NCBI GenBank assembly: GCA_964014485.1
Contig: CAXHAT010000049.1
Coordinates: 1 to 43,177 of the forward strand
Length of the DNA stretch: 43,177 nt
Direction of reading: 5' to 3'
DNA from: an uncultured Deferribacteres bacterium
Lineage (GTDB): Bacteria; Zhuqueibacterota; Zhuqueibacteria; Zhuqueibacterales; Geothermadaptataceae
Shown here: in pieces, positions 8,642 through 18,221 of the stretch
How the letters are laid out: each line of letters opens with the position of its first letter
Numbering within the stretch: the stretch's first letter is position 1
The notes under the pieces: model-generated
What the model was told of the DNA's origin: nothing
Database searches by the model: none
The model's input: only the letters and a program-made list of their open reading frames with translations
Made by a program: the position numbers and the translations under genes

Positions 8642-9705
8642 AATTTGCGCCTTTCTTTAGCCTGAAATTGACGCACAGTTATTTCTCCGAGGATCAGCGC
8701 CCGAATTTCCAGATAGTCGCTCTTCCGGAAACAAATCGAGCGCTGAAAAACCACAAATGTACATTAAAGCTCGCTCCCGGTGAACTGCGCGTATTTGTTC
8801 AAGTCAAGGATGACGGCGCGCCTTTTATCCCGCTCAACCTGGACGCCACTCTCCGTTTTTTCATCATTTCCAACGATCCAATTTTTGCGCTTGTGACCGA
8901 TTTGGCTGCGTTTCAGCAAGCGCCTGCGCCGTTGTTCACCAACGCAGGCTTGGGTTCAGGGAATCCGGCGTCTCTAAAACTGATTTCCGAGCAGGCGCGT
9001 GCGAAGGAGCAATTCGAAGTTCAAAACCCGGCGCAGAGTGAAAAATTCATTTTAAGCGGACGCCCCCTGCCAGATTTGGTTGAAAATGATTTTTCCGTCG
9101 TTGGGTTAGGCGATGCATCATCGCTGACTGATTTCAATGCTTTGACAAAAACTTTTACCGTCGATTCGACAAGCGCTCAAAAAAATGACGTTTTCACTGT
9201 TGAATACGCAACGTCGCCAGAGCGGCCCAAAGGCGTTTTTGCCAAAGTCGAAATTCACAATAACGATTCTCTGCCCTCCCCTTCCGACGGACCGGGAGAA
9301 TTTCACATTGCCTTCGAGGCCAAAGCCGCGCGCTGGGCGTATTATCTTGTTTCCGACGCTTCCGGTTCAAAATTTTCAGTGCAAGATCAGGGCGCGGAAT
9401 CCGTCGCTTTCGGTGAGCAGCATCGCAGAAATCTTCAGAATGATCCGGATCCGTCTGATCCGATCGCGAACATGCTGGCCAACAAGTTCCCCGATTTGGA
9501 GCGCTGGCGTTTTCTTTCCGACGAACCTGTCGTTTGCAGCCGGAAAGTGCGGAAATCCATCCAGCTCTTGCAAGACGGCAGCCAGGCGTTGGCGGCGCTT
9601 CCCAATCCCGCGTTACAAAATTTTTCTCGTTTAAATGTCCCAGAAAACGGCGGCGTTCAAAAGGAGAACGTGCTGTATCAGATCGTCAAACACCTTACCA
9701 ATTAA
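8638..9705 (+). CDS. eCIS-associated hypothetical protein (possible cap adaptor, Alg16B-like)
   Basis: ATGA overlap with the DUF4255 gene; LKLTHSYF N-terminus, WAYYLV and LPNP motifs resemble the gene following DUF4255 in Bacteroidota-type eCIS; role inferred from position. Confidence 0.6.
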   Translation: MKFAPFFSLKLTHSYFSEDQRPNFQIVALPETNRALKNHKCTLKLAPGELRVFVQVKDDGAPFIPLNLDATLRFFIISNDPIFALVTDLAAFQQAPAPLFTNAGLGSGNPASLKLISEQARAKEQFEVQNPAQSEKFILSGRPLPDLVENDFSVVGLGDASSLTDFNALTKTFTVDSTSAQKNDVFTVEYATSPERPKGVFAKVEIHNNDSLPSPSDGPGEFHIAFEAKAARWAYYLVSDASGSKFSVQDQGAESVAFGEQHRRNLQNDPDPSDPIANMLANKFPDLERWRFLSDEPVVCSRKVRKSIQLLQDGSQALAALPNPALQNFSRLNVPENGGVQKENVLYQIVKHLTN

Positions 9706-9732
9706 CTTTCAGCCAAGAGGAGAAGAAGCATT

Positions 9733-11436
9733 ATGGCAAGTTACAAGACTCCGGGCGTGTATGTAGAAGAAATTTCAACGCTGCCGCCAAGCGTCGCACA
9801 GGTTGCGACGGCGATTCCGGCGTTTATCGGCTGCACGGTCAACGGCCCTTCAGCGGACGACGGAACTGTTGAGCCGAAAATCGCACGCGTTTCGTCAATG
9901 CTCGAATTCGAATCAATTTTTGGCAAAGCGAATCCTTCGAGTTTTACTGTAAAAACGCAGGCCGTGGAAGATCAGGAAAATGTGAGCGAAATCGTATCGG
10001 TCAATCGTAACGCGCCCAATTTCGACTATATGCTTTATTACGGCATGAACATGTTTTTCAGCAATGGCGGCGGCGCTTGTTACGTCGTCTCCGTTGGTAA
10101 TTTCAGCTCATCGCCGGGCAAGCAGCAGTTTCTGGGCGGCTTGGCGGCGGTTGAAAAGGAAGACGAGCCGACGTTGCTTGTTTTTACCGAAGCGACCAAT
10201 CTTTCGTCGGCGGATTATTACGCTGTCTGTCAGGAAGCGCTCAAACAATGCAATAAACTCGGCGACCGTTTCGCTATCCTGGATGTTTTGGATGCGGAAG
10301 GCGACGGCGCCAATTTAGGCAAAGATTTTCGTGATAACATCGGCACAAATTATCTGAAATACGGCGCGGCCTACTACCCGTCGCTCAACACAGCGTTGAA
10401 TTTTCAATATGACGAAAACGACGTTAGCATCGAATCTTCGGAAAGCTCCGGCGACGCAGTCTGGGAAAAAGCGTTTGACGACAAGACCAGCGGCGGCAAC
10501 GGCGTTGTAATCAGTTTTTCCGGCGCCGAGGGCGATACGCCGGAAGTCAAGATCATCGGCGGAACATCTGGCGACGACGTCACATTTGAGTTTTCTGACC
10601 GGCAACTAACCGTTCGAAACGCCTCCGGGAAAACCGGCGCGCAAGTTGTCGCGGCATGGAGCAACGTAACAGACGGCCAGGGTTTCGACGTTTCACCAGG
10701 CGGCGACGGCAGCGGCGAACTCAACCACACCAACAATGCTTTTGTTGCTTTAGAAGAGCAATCAGGGGCGGCTTCTTCGGAAACATTGGCTTCAATTCGC
10801 GATACAAACACGTCCCTTTACAATCAAATCAAGGCGGCGCTGACAAGCCAACGCGTCACTATGCCGCCGAGCGCAACCGTCGCCGGAGTTTATGCGAGCG
10901 TTGACAACAATCGCGGCGTTTGGAAAGCCCCCGCCAATGTGAGTCTGGCTTCGGTGATCGGGCCGACCCAAAAGATCACGCACGAACAGCAGGAAAACCT
11001 GAACATCGATCCAACGGCGGGCAAATCGATCAACGCGATTCGTGCGTTTGCAGGCAAAGGTACGCTCGTTTGGGGCGCTCGTACGCTGGCGGGCAACGAC
11101 AATGAGTGGCGCTACATTTCAGTGCGGCGGCTCTTCAACATGATCGAGGAATCGACGAAAAAATCGACGTCTTTTGCCGTTTTCGAGCCTAACGACGCAA
11201 CGACGTGGCTCAAAGTCAAAGCTATGGTTGAAAGCTATCTTTACGGACTCTGGGAACAAGGCGCTTTGGCCGGATCAACGCCGGAAGCGGCTTATTTTGT
11301 TAATGTCGGCTTGGGCAAAACAATGACCCAGCAAGACGTTCTGGAAGGCCGCATGATCGTTGAAACCGGCGTCGCGGCGGTTCGACCGGCGGAGTTCATT
11401 ATCCTGCGATTCATGCACAAACTACAAGAAGCATAG
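9733..11436 (+). CDS. Contractile tail sheath protein
   Basis: YKTPGVYVEEI, TAIPAFIG, FFSNGGGACY, GVWKAPAN, VWGARTL, WRYISVRR, FEPND, VRPAEFIILR. Confidence 0.96.
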   Translation: MASYKTPGVYVEEISTLPPSVAQVATAIPAFIGCTVNGPSADDGTVEPKIARVSSMLEFESIFGKANPSSFTVKTQAVEDQENVSEIVSVNRNAPNFDYMLYYGMNMFFSNGGGACYVVSVGNFSSSPGKQQFLGGLAAVEKEDEPTLLVFTEATNLSSADYYAVCQEALKQCNKLGDRFAILDVLDAEGDGANLGKDFRDNIGTNYLKYGAAYYPSLNTALNFQYDENDVSIESSESSGDAVWEKAFDDKTSGGNGVVISFSGAEGDTPEVKIIGGTSGDDVTFEFSDRQLTVRNASGKTGAQVVAAWSNVTDGQGFDVSPGGDGSGELNHTNNAFVALEEQSGAASSETLASIRDTNTSLYNQIKAALTSQRVTMPPSATVAGVYASVDNNRGVWKAPANVSLASVIGPTQKITHEQQENLNIDPTAGKSINAIRAFAGKGTLVWGARTLAGNDNEWRYISVRRLFNMIEESTKKSTSFAVFEPNDATTWLKVKAMVESYLYGLWEQGALAGSTPEAAYFVNVGLGKTMTQQDVLEGRMIVETGVAAVRPAEFIILRFMHKLQEA

Positions 11437-11567
11437 ATTTCTACGGAATGACGGAAATCGACTGGAGAATGTCCGATTTGCATGTTTGACGTTTCATCGA
11501 GTTGAAACATCAATCGCTCAACCTCTCCCCCGCTCCGTCATAGAAAATAAAACAATGGAGAAAAGTT

Positions 11568-12041
11568 ATGGCTGTCAGCACAGACGATATTAAGACCGCC
11601 TACCCGTTGCCGGTTTATAATTACCGCGTCGAGCTTGCGGGCGAATCAGTCGCATTTTCCGAGGTTTCCGGACTAACTGTGAATTACGCGACAACCACAT
11701 ATAAAGAAAGCCCCGTTGAAAGCGGAATGACTGGGCCGCGAGTCATGCACATGCCCGCGCAGAGCGAAGCCGTCAGCATCACTCTGAAAAAAGGCATGGT
11801 TCGAGGCAAAAGCATTCCGGTGCTTTACAAATGGATCAGCGGCACGCAAATAAACCTGATCGAAAAAAAAGACGTCTACGTCCGACTCATGGATGAAAGC
11901 GGAACGCCAGTCGTGAGCTGGAAGGTCGTTAACGCCTTTCCGACAAAGCTGGAAGCGCCCGGTTTCGACACGAATTCCAACGACGCAGCCATTGAAAGCA
12001 TGGAGCTTATGGCGGATGCTGTGTACATCGAGGAAAACTAA
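11568..12041 (+). CDS. Tail tube protein (T4 gp19-like, Afp1/5 family)
   Basis: YPLPVYNYRV, FSEVSGL, ITLKKG, WKVVNAFPTKL, AIESMEL. Confidence 0.93.
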   Translation: MAVSTDDIKTAYPLPVYNYRVELAGESVAFSEVSGLTVNYATTTYKESPVESGMTGPRVMHMPAQSEAVSITLKKGMVRGKSIPVLYKWISGTQINLIEKKDVYVRLMDESGTPVVSWKVVNAFPTKLEAPGFDTNSNDAAIESMELMADAVYIEEN

Positions 12042-12520
12042 TGGCGCAAACGATTAGCGACATTAAGTCCGCGTATCCGCTACCAGCGTACAATTATCGC
12101 GTGACTGTCCTCTCCGGCGGCGATTCGCCCGTTGTTAGTTTTGCCGAAATTTCAGGTCTGCAATTGAATTATGAACCCGTGACTTATAAACACGGCCTGA
12201 GTTTTCTAATGGGCGCTAAGATAATTCCGGGCATGAAGCAGCCGATCAAGCTTACGTTGAAACGCGGGGTGGTGAAAAGCCGCGATTTTCTGCATAGCTG
12301 GCTGCACAAAACCTACACCGAGCCGTTTTACACCGCCAAGAAAAGGGATATCGTCATCGATCTTTGCGACGAAAACGGAGATTCAGTGGTGAGATGGACG
12401 GTGCAAGGCGCAATGCCGACGCAACTGGACGCGCCTGCTTTCAACGCGGACGGAAATGAAGTTGCGATAGAATCGATGGAGTTGGTCGCCCATGGTTTGA
12501 AGGTTGACTACGATCCGTAA
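12041..12520 (+). CDS. Tail tube protein (gp19-like), second paralog
   Basis: YPLPAYNYRV, FAEISGL, LTLKRG, VAIESMEL; TAATG overlap with the previous gene. Confidence 0.92.
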   Translation: MAQTISDIKSAYPLPAYNYRVTVLSGGDSPVVSFAEISGLQLNYEPVTYKHGLSFLMGAKIIPGMKQPIKLTLKRGVVKSRDFLHSWLHKTYTEPFYTAKKRDIVIDLCDENGDSVVRWTVQGAMPTQLDAPAFNADGNEVAIESMELVAHGLKVDYDP

Positions 12521-12637
12521 CGTCGCGCTCTTTTTTGACCGCTAGTCAACAGCTTGCTGCTACTCGTTTTTTTGGCAGGACATTACTTTTGTGCATCGTC
12601 ATAATACCCCAAAATCGTATTCCAGGAGAATTTAAAA

Positions 12638-13111
12638 ATGGAGCTTCCCGGGCCGCTGCCGGTTGTGGGGAACCCGCCCCTCGGGTTTCGGTTTAGCGTC
12701 ACGTTTCTAACCGGCGGCGTTGTGCCAAACCCGATTGATATTTTGTTTAAAAAGGTTTCTGGACTCTCAACCACGGTTGAAACGGACAGCGTCGAAGAGG
12801 GCGGTCAGAGCATTTACACACAAAAGCTCCCAAAGAAAATCCAGCATGACAATTTAGTTTTGGAGCGTGGCGTCGTCGTCGGATCGCCGTTGGTCGTCGA
12901 GTTTAACGCGGCGATGTCGCTGTTCAAATTTTCGCCTTCGAGCGTTTTGGTTGTGCTTCTTGATAACACTAACCTGCCTGCCGCGAGCTGGATGTTCCTG
13001 AAGGCTTTTCCTGTAAAATGGAGCGTGTCGGATCTTGACGCCGCTTCCAATGAAGTCGTTATCGAAACGATGGAATTAAGCTATCAACGTATGACAATTC
13101 TTAGGGTTTAG
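12638..13111 (+). CDS. Tail tube protein (gp19-like, Afp5-type)
   Basis: PPLGFRFSV, FKKVSGL, EEGGQ, NLVLERG, AFPVKWSVSDL, IETMELSY. Confidence 0.92.
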   Translation: MELPGPLPVVGNPPLGFRFSVTFLTGGVVPNPIDILFKKVSGLSTTVETDSVEEGGQSIYTQKLPKKIQHDNLVLERGVVVGSPLVVEFNAAMSLFKFSPSSVLVVLLDNTNLPAASWMFLKAFPVKWSVSDLDAASNEVVIETMELSYQRMTILRV

Positions 13112-13113
13112 CT

Positions 13114-13281
13114 ATGCCGGTAGAAATCAAAGAGCTGGTAATCCGCGCTTCAACAACGTTGGACGGCGAAAACAACGGGAAATCGCAGCAAATTCAAAGC
13201 GCGCCCGCGGACAATGAAGCCATCGTTCAAGAATGCGTGAAGCAAGTTTTGAGGATTCTCAAGAAAAAGAAGGAGCGTTAG
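13114..13281 (+). CDS. Small eCIS protein (DUF5908 / Afp6-Alg6 plug-like), 55 aa, not in ORF track
   Basis: Hand translation MPVEIKELVIRASTTLDGENNGKSQQIQSAPADNEAIVQECVKQVLRILKKKKER*; fills the gap between tube and LysM genes. Confidence 0.85.
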   Translation: MPVEIKELVIRASTTLDGENNGKSQQIQSAPADNEAIVQECVKQVLRILKKKKER

Positions 13282-13995
13282 ATGGGGCTGCTTGACAGCA
13301 TGAAATTGCAGAAGCTGACGATCAAGGCTTACAAGAAACGAACGCGTTCCGCAACGGACTTGATCGGCTCCTTTGAAGCAATGTTTAATCCCGCTTCGTT
13401 TTCTCAAAAATATGAAATCGAATACGGCAAAAACCAGGGATATAACAGCACCAACAAAGAGGTCAACTACGCTCGCAGCAAGCCCCGCGACTTAAATCTC
13501 AAGCTCATTCTCGACGGCACGGGCGTAACGGAAATGGGCGTTGCGAAAATCGGCGGCGTTAAGACGGTCTCTGAGCGCGTTAAAGCGTTCATCGATCTGA
13601 CTTTCCGCATGAACGGAGATATTCATGAGCCCAATTTCCTGGTGGTCGAGTGGGGCGGCAAAGAAGACGGCGGCCTGATTTTTTCCTGCAGATTGGCGCG
13701 CGTCAACGTGACCTACACCAGTTTCAATCGGGACGGATCGCCGTTGCGCGCGGAGTTGGACGTCAACCTGATTTCGGACAAAGACGCAAAGAAACGCATG
13801 GCCGAAGACGGGAAAAATTCGCCGGATTTGACGCACCACCGCCTCGTCAAAAGTGGCGACACGCTCCCTCTGCTGACCAAAGAAGTTTACGGCACGTCGC
13901 AATATTATTTGCGCGTTGCGCAATTCAACAAGCTCGATAATTTTAGAAATCTTACGCCCGGCCAGGAATTATACTTCCCGCCGTTGGAACAATGA
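13282..13995 (+). CDS. CIS tube-initiator protein with LysM domain (Afp7-like)
   Basis: MFNPASFS, LILDGTG, HEPNFLVVEWG, FNRDGSPLRA; C-terminal LysM-like VKSGDTLPLL...LTPGQELYFP. Confidence 0.9.
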   Translation: MGLLDSMKLQKLTIKAYKKRTRSATDLIGSFEAMFNPASFSQKYEIEYGKNQGYNSTNKEVNYARSKPRDLNLKLILDGTGVTEMGVAKIGGVKTVSERVKAFIDLTFRMNGDIHEPNFLVVEWGGKEDGGLIFSCRLARVNVTYTSFNRDGSPLRAELDVNLISDKDAKKRMAEDGKNSPDLTHHRLVKSGDTLPLLTKEVYGTSQYYLRVAQFNKLDNFRNLTPGQELYFPPLEQ

Positions 13996-15635
13996 GCGTC
14001 GTTACAGCCACTATTTTGAGCGCCGGGAAAAAGATGGACCCGGTTTTTGAGCTGGTTTCCGTCGATGTGAGCCATGAAGTGAATCGAATTCCTCACGCAC
14101 AAATTGTTTTCTTGGACGGTGATGCGGCGCAACAAAAATTCACCATCAGCGATGACGCGTTTTTTGAGCCGGGCAAGGAAATTGAAATCAAGGTGCGCTA
14201 CGAAGACGCGCCGGAGAAAGAGACGACCGTGTTCAAAGGCTTGGTCGTAGGTCTGGGAGTTCAAGCGGGCGATTTTGGTTCGCTGCTCACGGTTGAACTC
14301 AAGGCCGCGGCGGTTAAATTGGCGCACGGCAGGAAAAGCGAAATTTTTCGTAAAAAAACTGATGATCAAATTATCAGCGACGTCATCGGCAACGCCGGTT
14401 TGAAAAAAGGCAAAATCGAAACAACAAAAACGAAGCACCCGGAGTTGGTGCAATATTATTGCTCAGACTGGGATTTCATACTTTCACGCGCCGACGCGCA
14501 AGGTTTGCTGATCATCGTTGAAGACGATCAGGTTTCGCTAGCCAAAATCGCCGTCACGGGTTCACCAAAATTTACCTTCGAATTCGGCCTGAGCGAAATC
14601 TATGATTTTGAAATTGAAGCTGACGCGGAGGGGCAATTACAGACGGTGGAAAGCGTGGCCTGGGACGTGAAAACGCAGAAAGTAACCAAAGCAGCCAAAG
14701 GCGCGGAGTTCAATTTATCGCAAGGCAATCTCAAGGGCGGCGCTATTGCAAAAAACCTTGGCGTCTCCCCGGTTACGCTTACAGGCTCCGGCCCGCTTGA
14801 CCCCAAGGAATTGCAAGCCTGGTCGGACGGAGCGATGACGAGAAGTCGCATGTCTCTTTTGCGAGGACGCATTGCCGTGCCCGGCGTCGGAAAAATAAAG
14901 CTTCTGGACGTCATCGAAATTGCCGGAGTCGGCAAGCGTTTCAACGGCAAAACATTGGTCACCGGCGTCCGACACCAAGTTGACCAGAACGGCTGGAAAA
15001 CGGACGTTCAGTTTGGCTTAGCCGCCGCGCCTTTTGCCGAGCGCCGGGATATTGTTGATGTTCCGGCGGCAGGCTTGCTTCCGGCGGTCAACGGTCTGCA
15101 AATCGGCGTGGTCGATAAGTTTGAAGAAGACCCTGACAAAGAGTTTCGGGTCAAAGTCATTCTTCCGGCGATTGACGAAAAGCAAGGCGCGGTCTGGGCT
15201 CGTTTGGGGGCTCCGGACGCCGGGAAGGGACGCGGCTATTTCTTCCGCCCTGAGCCGGGCGATGAAGTGATCCTCGGCTTTATCAATGACGATCCGCGCT
15301 ATGCCGTGATTCTTGGCGCACTCTACGGCTCGAAAAATACGCCGCCGGATGCTGTTTCGAAGCTCACGCAAGACAACGTGGACAAAGCGATTGTCTCCAA
15401 AACCGGCTCCGCCATCCGGTTTCTTGATGATAAAAAATCGGCGATCTTTATTGAAACGCCGGAAGCGAACAAGATTATTTTTGATGACGACGCTCAATCG
15501 ATTGAAATTGCTGATCAGCACGGCAACGAGGTCAAAATGAGCAAGGACGGCGTGGTCATTAAAAGCGCTAAAGATTTAACCATCGACGCTCGAGGCAACG
15601 TCGAAATCAAAGGTTCAAAGGTTGACATAAAATGA
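13992..15635 (+). CDS. VgrG-like spike/hub protein (Afp8-like)
   Basis: HEVNRIPHA, VQYYCSDWDF, gp5 OB-fold VWARL..AGKGRGYFFRPEPGDEVILGF..DPRY; C-terminal beta-repeat. Confidence 0.93.
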   Translation: MSVVTATILSAGKKMDPVFELVSVDVSHEVNRIPHAQIVFLDGDAAQQKFTISDDAFFEPGKEIEIKVRYEDAPEKETTVFKGLVVGLGVQAGDFGSLLTVELKAAAVKLAHGRKSEIFRKKTDDQIISDVIGNAGLKKGKIETTKTKHPELVQYYCSDWDFILSRADAQGLLIIVEDDQVSLAKIAVTGSPKFTFEFGLSEIYDFEIEADAEGQLQTVESVAWDVKTQKVTKAAKGAEFNLSQGNLKGGAIAKNLGVSPVTLTGSGPLDPKELQAWSDGAMTRSRMSLLRGRIAVPGVGKIKLLDVIEIAGVGKRFNGKTLVTGVRHQVDQNGWKTDVQFGLAAAPFAERRDIVDVPAAGLLPAVNGLQIGVVDKFEEDPDKEFRVKVILPAIDEKQGAVWARLGAPDAGKGRGYFFRPEPGDEVILGFINDDPRYAVILGALYGSKNTPPDAVSKLTQDNVDKAIVSKTGSAIRFLDDKKSAIFIETPEANKIIFDDDAQSIEIADQHGNEVKMSKDGVVIKSAKDLTIDARGNVEIKGSKVDIK

Positions 15636-16036
15636 AAGAGTCGTTTTTAGGAACCGGGTGGTCTTTTCCGCCGACGTTTACCAAGGGCGGCGCAGGCGTG
15701 GCCATGGTTTCAGACGTCGAGGATATTCAGCAGAGCTTGCAAATTTTGCTTTCCACCCGCCTCGGCGAACGGGTGATGCAAGATGAATTCGGCTGCGATT
15801 TGCAGCACTTACTTTTCGAAGAGATTGACCAGGGTTTGGTCAACACCATCACCGCAATGGTCACCGACGCGATCCTTTACCATGAGCCGCGCATTAAATT
15901 GAATGAACTTGACGTTTCACAAGACGCCGATGAACCGGGCTTGCTGCTGATTAGTATCGATTATACTGTTCGCAGTAAGAACTCACGCTTTAATATGGTG
16001 TACCCGTTTTACATCAACGAAGCAGTTGCACCGTGA
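15632..16036 (+). CDS. Baseplate wedge/sheath initiator, gp25-like (Afp9)
   Basis: FLGTGWSFPP, DIQQSLQILLSTRLGERVM, HEPRI, NMVYPFY. Confidence 0.93.
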   Translation: MKESFLGTGWSFPPTFTKGGAGVAMVSDVEDIQQSLQILLSTRLGERVMQDEFGCDLQHLLFEEIDQGLVNTITAMVTDAILYHEPRIKLNELDVSQDADEPGLLLISIDYTVRSKNSRFNMVYPFYINEAVAP

Positions 16037-16049
16037 GCAACATTGAAAA

Positions 16050-16484
16050 ATGCCTGATTTTATTTTGATTGAAGGCGACAAAGCGAATTTTCTGCCTAAT
16101 TTCGGCGCTGCGGTCGTGGTGGTCAAACCCGGCGATTTGAAGGGCAGCGGGCCGGGAACGCTGAACGGCAAAAAACTTTGCGTTGACGGCGATGAAAAAG
16201 ACGTCTCCGTGCCCGGCTGCACATACATGACGCCGCAGTATTCCATTCCCGGAACGGGAACGCTCAAAATCAACGCACTCGCCGGAAATCAGAAAGCGAA
16301 AAAAACGAATACCGGCGGCAAAGCCGTGCTTTTGAAAGGCGGGCAATTTACGGCGAAATTCGAAGTACAAAGTCCGGCAAAACAGCCTCCGCCGGGGCCG
16401 GGCTCGCCCATACCTGATCCGTCGCCGCAGTACTCGGGCAATGGGATGTTCATGACGACAAACACAAAATTTCAAGGGAGTTAG
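16050..16484 (+). CDS. CIS spike tip protein (Afp10/Pvc10 PAAR-like)
   Basis: Small Gly/Pro-rich beta protein (KKLCVDGDE, YSIPGTGTLKI, VLLKG) next to spike and gp25. Confidence 0.75.
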   Translation: MPDFILIEGDKANFLPNFGAAVVVVKPGDLKGSGPGTLNGKKLCVDGDEKDVSVPGCTYMTPQYSIPGTGTLKINALAGNQKAKKTNTGGKAVLLKGGQFTAKFEVQSPAKQPPPGPGSPIPDPSPQYSGNGMFMTTNTKFQGS

Positions 16485-16493
16485 AGGTACATT

Positions 16494-17963
16494 TTGTTCA
16501 ACAAATTTATTTTTGGAACTCTCAAGTTTACCATACTGAAAGCTTCGTTCTTAAACGTCTTTGCTTTTATCGTGATCGCCTCGTCCTCGAACGCGTTGCA
16601 AGGACAAGCGAACTCTCAAAAAAAAGCGCTCGCGCGATTGGGCGATTTGAGCTCGTCGTTTCAAACGCTGACGGAGACGGTCGGCCCTTCCGTCGTTCAG
16701 ATTTTTTCTACAAGCTTTGAGCCTGGTCGCGGGATTGTCGCCACGACTTCGAATTTGATCGAAAAAGAACGCGGCAGCGGGTCAGGCGTCATTCTCTCTC
16801 CCGACGGTTACATCATCACAAACGCCCATGTTGTCGAAGGAGCGCGCCGCATACAGGTGATGCTTCCCATAACGGCGGCGGTGCGCGGTGAGCGCCGATC
16901 GATTCTCAAACCAACCGGAGATCTAACAGGCGCACAAATCGTTGGGCTCGACCGCGAAACCGACCTCGCCGTGCTCAAAGTGGAACGAACAAACCTGAGC
17001 TATCTGGATTTGGGCGATTCAGACGAATTACGCCAGGGACAAGTTGTGCTGGCGTTCGGCAGTCCGTTAGGCTTGGAAAATTCCGTTTCCATGGGCGTGG
17101 TCAGCGCCGTCGCTCGGCAATTGCAAGCCGACGCGCCGATGGTTTATATCCAGACAGACGCTACGATCAATCCCGGCAACAGCGGCGGCCCGCTGGTCAA
17201 CTCCAGGGGCGAAGTTATTGGAATTAATACGATGATCTTTTCACAATCCGGCGGCAGCGACGGGATTGGCTTTGCGGTTCCGAGTAACATTGTCCGCAAC
17301 ATCTTCACGCAAATTCGCGCAACCGGTCGGGTTCGTCGCGGACATATCGGCGTTAACGCGCAGACCATCACGTCAGTCCTTGCGCATGGCCTCGGTCTGG
17401 CGAAAGATTGGGGCGTTGTGCTGGGCGACGTTTATCCGGGAAGCCCGGCGAGCATCAGCGGTTTGAAAAACGGCGACATAGTTTTGAGCTTAGACGGCAA
17501 GGTGATGGAGAACGCTCGGCAGTTCAACGTAAATCTCTACCGCAAGGCCGTCGATGAAACAGCTCTGGTTGAAATTCTCAGAAGCGGCGAAACGAAAAAA
17601 ATAACCGTGCGCGTTGCGGAAAGAGACGACGATCCCGGGCGCTTCAACGCTTTCATTGACCCGGACAGAAATCTCATTCCGCTCCTGGGCGTGCTCGCGC
17701 TCGATCTCAATCGCGAAATTTTGACCATGCTCCCTCGCTTGAGAATTCCGGGCGGCGTATTGGTCGCCGCTCGATCGGCGGACGCGCTTTCCTTACAAAA
17801 CGGTCTGCTGCCCGGCGACGTCATTCACGCGTTGAATAATAAAAATGTGCTCAATATTTCTACCTTGAAATCCATGCTCGCCGAAGCCAAATCCGGCGAC
17901 TCTATTGTTTTACAGATTGAGCGCCTCGGACGATTGAGTTACGTCGGTTTTGAGATGGAGTAA
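16494..17963 (+). CDS. HtrA/DegP-family serine protease with two PDZ domains
   Basis: Signal-like N-terminus; GSGVI, TNAHVV (His), DLAVLKV (Asp), INPGNSGGPL (Ser); two PDZ-like segments; TTG start with GAGG RBS 9 bp after the tip gene. Confidence 0.93.
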   Translation: MFNKFIFGTLKFTILKASFLNVFAFIVIASSSNALQGQANSQKKALARLGDLSSSFQTLTETVGPSVVQIFSTSFEPGRGIVATTSNLIEKERGSGSGVILSPDGYIITNAHVVEGARRIQVMLPITAAVRGERRSILKPTGDLTGAQIVGLDRETDLAVLKVERTNLSYLDLGDSDELRQGQVVLAFGSPLGLENSVSMGVVSAVARQLQADAPMVYIQTDATINPGNSGGPLVNSRGEVIGINTMIFSQSGGSDGIGFAVPSNIVRNIFTQIRATGRVRRGHIGVNAQTITSVLAHGLGLAKDWGVVLGDVYPGSPASISGLKNGDIVLSLDGKVMENARQFNVNLYRKAVDETALVEILRSGETKKITVRVAERDDDPGRFNAFIDPDRNLIPLLGVLALDLNREILTMLPRLRIPGGVLVAARSADALSLQNGLLPGDVIHALNNKNVLNISTLKSMLAEAKSGDSIVLQIERLGRLSYVGFEME

Positions 17964-17973
17964 CTTCTACTAT

Positions 17974-18153
17974 AACGTTAAGTCCGCCTCAGAACGGTTG
18001 TGCAAGACACACTGAAGTGTGAACTACAAACGACAGGGCGTACTTCTACCCTGAACGTCAAAAAAGCCCTGTCGTTTGTAGTTCAGCTTTCAAGCTGTTT
18101 TTCAAGTGTCATGCGTGTGAAATGTGCTGGTTTTTTGAGGCTAACTTAACGTT
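17974..18153. mobile_element. MITE/REP-composite element
   Basis: Terminal inverted repeats aacgttaagtccgcctca / tgaggctaacttaacgtt (16/18); internal perfect 20-bp stem tgaactacaaacgacagggc (18020-18039) / gccctgtcgtttgtagttca (18066-18085). Confidence 0.7.
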
Positions 18154-18221
18154 GTATTACAAGGCAGAACGGAAGTAACTGGTGTAAGCCCGGCAGGGTT
18201 AGAATTATTCAGAACAAGCAC

